Assembly: GCA_007136035.1 (NCBI GenBank)
Contig: SLHS01000035.1
Location: forward strand, 1 to 27,828
Length of the DNA stretch: 27,828 nucleotides
Direction: 5' to 3'
Origin: Patescibacteria group bacterium
GTDB taxonomy: Bacteria > Patescibacteriota > Dojkabacteria > SC72 > T1SED10-24
A program made the position numbers and the translations under genes. Positions 26,028 to 27,828 of this stretch are shown piece after piece (positions within the stretch are counted from its first letter, which is position 1; every line of letters begins with the position of its first letter). The notes under the pieces were generated by a model, which was not told the origin of the DNA, ran no database searches, and saw only the letters and a program-made list of their open reading frames with translations.

Positions 26028-27828
26028 TACAAATCAACTTCAAACAAATATACTTTCTTGTTTTGTAGTTTGTGAACTTCCTCTTTTACAAAAATTGGAT
26101 CTTCAATTAAAAAATCAATCGTTTTCCAATCTTCTACCCTACTCAGATATTCATACTCAAATAGTTCTTCATCGATTGTAGGTTCTACAAAGATTAAATA
26201 TTCTATCTCATTTTCCCCTAGGTAATTAATGAAAACTTCTGGATTAGTGTAGAATTCGTTATGTAGATATTTTTCACCGTATGCTTTTAACAAATCTTTT
26301 TTGGGGAGAAATTCCGCTAATTCCCATTTCCATTCAGGCCATGCGTATGTGTAGCCCATTTTAGTCTTAATTAGATCGAACGATCTTGTATTATTTATCC
26401 AAACATTTTCATTTTGAGGAACTATTTCAACTATTTCATTAATTTCCCTATTACTTCCAAATAATCTGTAATTGTAAATTTGTCCCTGAGTTAAAGAAAA
26501 GAGGATACTTGTACCAATCATTGCTATCATACAAAAAACAATTGTAGCTTTCTGGAAGAAGTTGTAAAAATATTTTGAATAAGGGAAGGGTTTTAAAACT
26601 GAAATTGCTATACATGCAAAAAGAAATGTTTCAATTGCAATCTTATGTATTAAATATGAGGTTTCAAAATAAAAACCAAAAGACATAAAAAGAAATGTTG
26701 CTATTAACACTCTGGTTATTTCCTTTTTATTTTCAAATGGATAATGTAGAAATTGAACAAAATATATTGCAACTAAAGGCATTATTGGGAGCAAATATCT
26801 ACCATGAGAAGCTCGTAGAATGTATATTAGTAGAAAAGTCAAAAGTAATATGGGTAAAATCTTTTTGAAATCTTCTGTCTTGCTTCTTAACACCTTAAAT
26901 GCCATGTACACCGCTGGAAGAATTATTATCTTAGGTATACCTATAAAAGAAAAAGTTCTCGGATAAAGAATCTTACCTATGTAAGAAAGTATTGTGTTTA
27001 AAAATCCCAATATCATCTGAACAATAACATGCATATCTTCAGTTATGGTAAATTGGAAAATTGTCCGTACTTCCTCATCTTTAAGCAGGTTTACCGTTGC
27101 ACTATCAACAGCAAATTGTCCAGTTACATGCTCTACCCCCACACTTATAAATCCTAAAATCGAAACCACAAACATATTTATAGGTATTAAAGATGTCGTA
27201 AACATCAAGAGAATATAAATTAAAGAAGGTGCATAAAGCTGAATTGATTCAAGAAATATTTTTTTAATATTCAAAGGTTTATAATATTTCGCTAAAACCC
27301 AAATAAAATACCCAAGACCAAACATAAAAAAAAGATATTCTTTTGCGTCGAGAAGAAGAACAAAAACTAAACCCAAAATCCAAGGTTTCCAGTTTTTAAA
27401 TATTCCATAAAAAAGCATCATCACAACAAACAAAGAGGGCATCTCTCGAAGATATGTAGGAGTTGATATTAGAAAGTGAAAGTTTGCAATTAAAAGGCCT
27501 GAAGCTAATATTGCCTTGTATCTCCAACCAAATGCTTCTTTAAGAAATTTATAGAAAAAATACAAAGATAAACAGGCTAATAATATGTTATACAAGGTAA
27601 GTAAAAATACTGATGGTCCAGTAAATATAAAGAGCAATGCAGGAGGAATTTTGAAAAGGAACCCATGCAAACCGACAGCGTAATCTCCAAACCAAACACC
27701 GTTTTTAATAAGCTCCGACATTAAAAATGTCTCATGTATATATATTGTTTCATCTGCTACTGCATCTCTGAACACAGAAAAAACAACAGATAATATTATA
27801 AACGTAAAAATAAGTGTATAAAAAAGAA
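26027..27828 (-). CDS. GT-C (ArnT/PMT-like) glycosyltransferase, 5'-truncated by the window edge; paralog of 24261..26027
   Basis: The frame is open from 27775 to the window end (LFYTLIFTFIILSVVFSV-FRDAVADETIY, i.e. TM1). GLHGFLFK, LLLDAKE, RYLLPI. TAATG stop/start overlap with the next gene. Confidence 0.8.
   Translation of the reverse strand, partial: LFYTLIFTFIILSVVFSVFRDAVADETIYIHETFLMSELIKNGVWFGDYAVGLHGFLFKIPPALLFIFTGPSVFLLTLYNILLACLSLYFFYKFLKEAFGWRYKAILASGLLIANFHFLISTPTYLREMPSLFVVMMLFYGIFKNWKPWILGLVFVLLLDAKEYLFFMFGLGYFIWVLAKYYKPLNIKKIFLESIQLYAPSLIYILLMFTTSLIPINMFVVSILGFISVGVEHVTGQFAVDSATVNLLKDEEVRTIFQFTITEDMHVIVQMILGFLNTILSYIGKILYPRTFSFIGIPKIIILPAVYMAFKVLRSKTEDFKKILPILLLTFLLIYILRASHGRYLLPIMPLVAIYFVQFLHYPFENKKEITRVLIATFLFMSFGFYFETSYLIHKIAIETFLFACIAISVLKPFPYSKYFYNFFQKATIVFCMIAMIGTSILFSLTQGQIYNYRLFGSNREINEIVEIVPQNENVWINNTRSFDLIKTKMGYTYAWPEWKWELAEFLPKKDLLKAYGEKYLHNEFYTNPEVFINYLGENEIEYLIFVEPTIDEELFEYEYLSRVEDWKTIDFLIEDPIFVKEEVHKLQNKKVYLFEVDL

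Noticed and set aside
21269-26181. ORFs 21269..21571, 21749..21970, 22870..23079, 23144..23344, 25339..25575, 25409..25651, 25525..25770, 25945..26181
   Set aside because: Mostly or fully overlap real genes in another frame or strand; no protein-like motifs.

Overview
AT-rich bacterial chromosomal window in standard code 11. All but two real genes lie on the minus strand. The gene content suggests a Patescibacteria (CPR)-type organism, possibly Dojkabacteria/Microgenomates-like; this is inference, not a database result. Following the minus strand from right to left: two tandem GT-C (ArnT/PMT-like) membrane glycosyltransferases, a GT4 and DUF456; a plus-strand pair (Ig-like/M23 peptidase and a membrane-anchored hypothetical protein); secA; a Zn-ribbon protein with an acidic tail; two cohesin-like surface proteins ending in LPxTS-IF + TM + basic tail; an overlapping chain GT4-GT4-priming phosphoglycosyl transferase-recO-1036-aa Ig/FN3 surface protein, the last with a 16-nt homopolymer just after its signal peptide; tRNA-Lys(CUU); a hypothetical gene; a CapA-family protein with substituted metal ligands; an unannotated 41-aa hydrophobic ORF with its own promoter, SD and a three-way-junction hairpin downstream; hypothetical genes; an alpha/beta hydrolase; a divergent HAM1 pyrophosphatase; and three tandem exported CxxC thioredoxin-fold proteins. 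Overall it looks like a cell-envelope neighbourhood covering export, disulfide folding, glycosylation and anchoring. I found no mobile element, integrase or CRISPR array.
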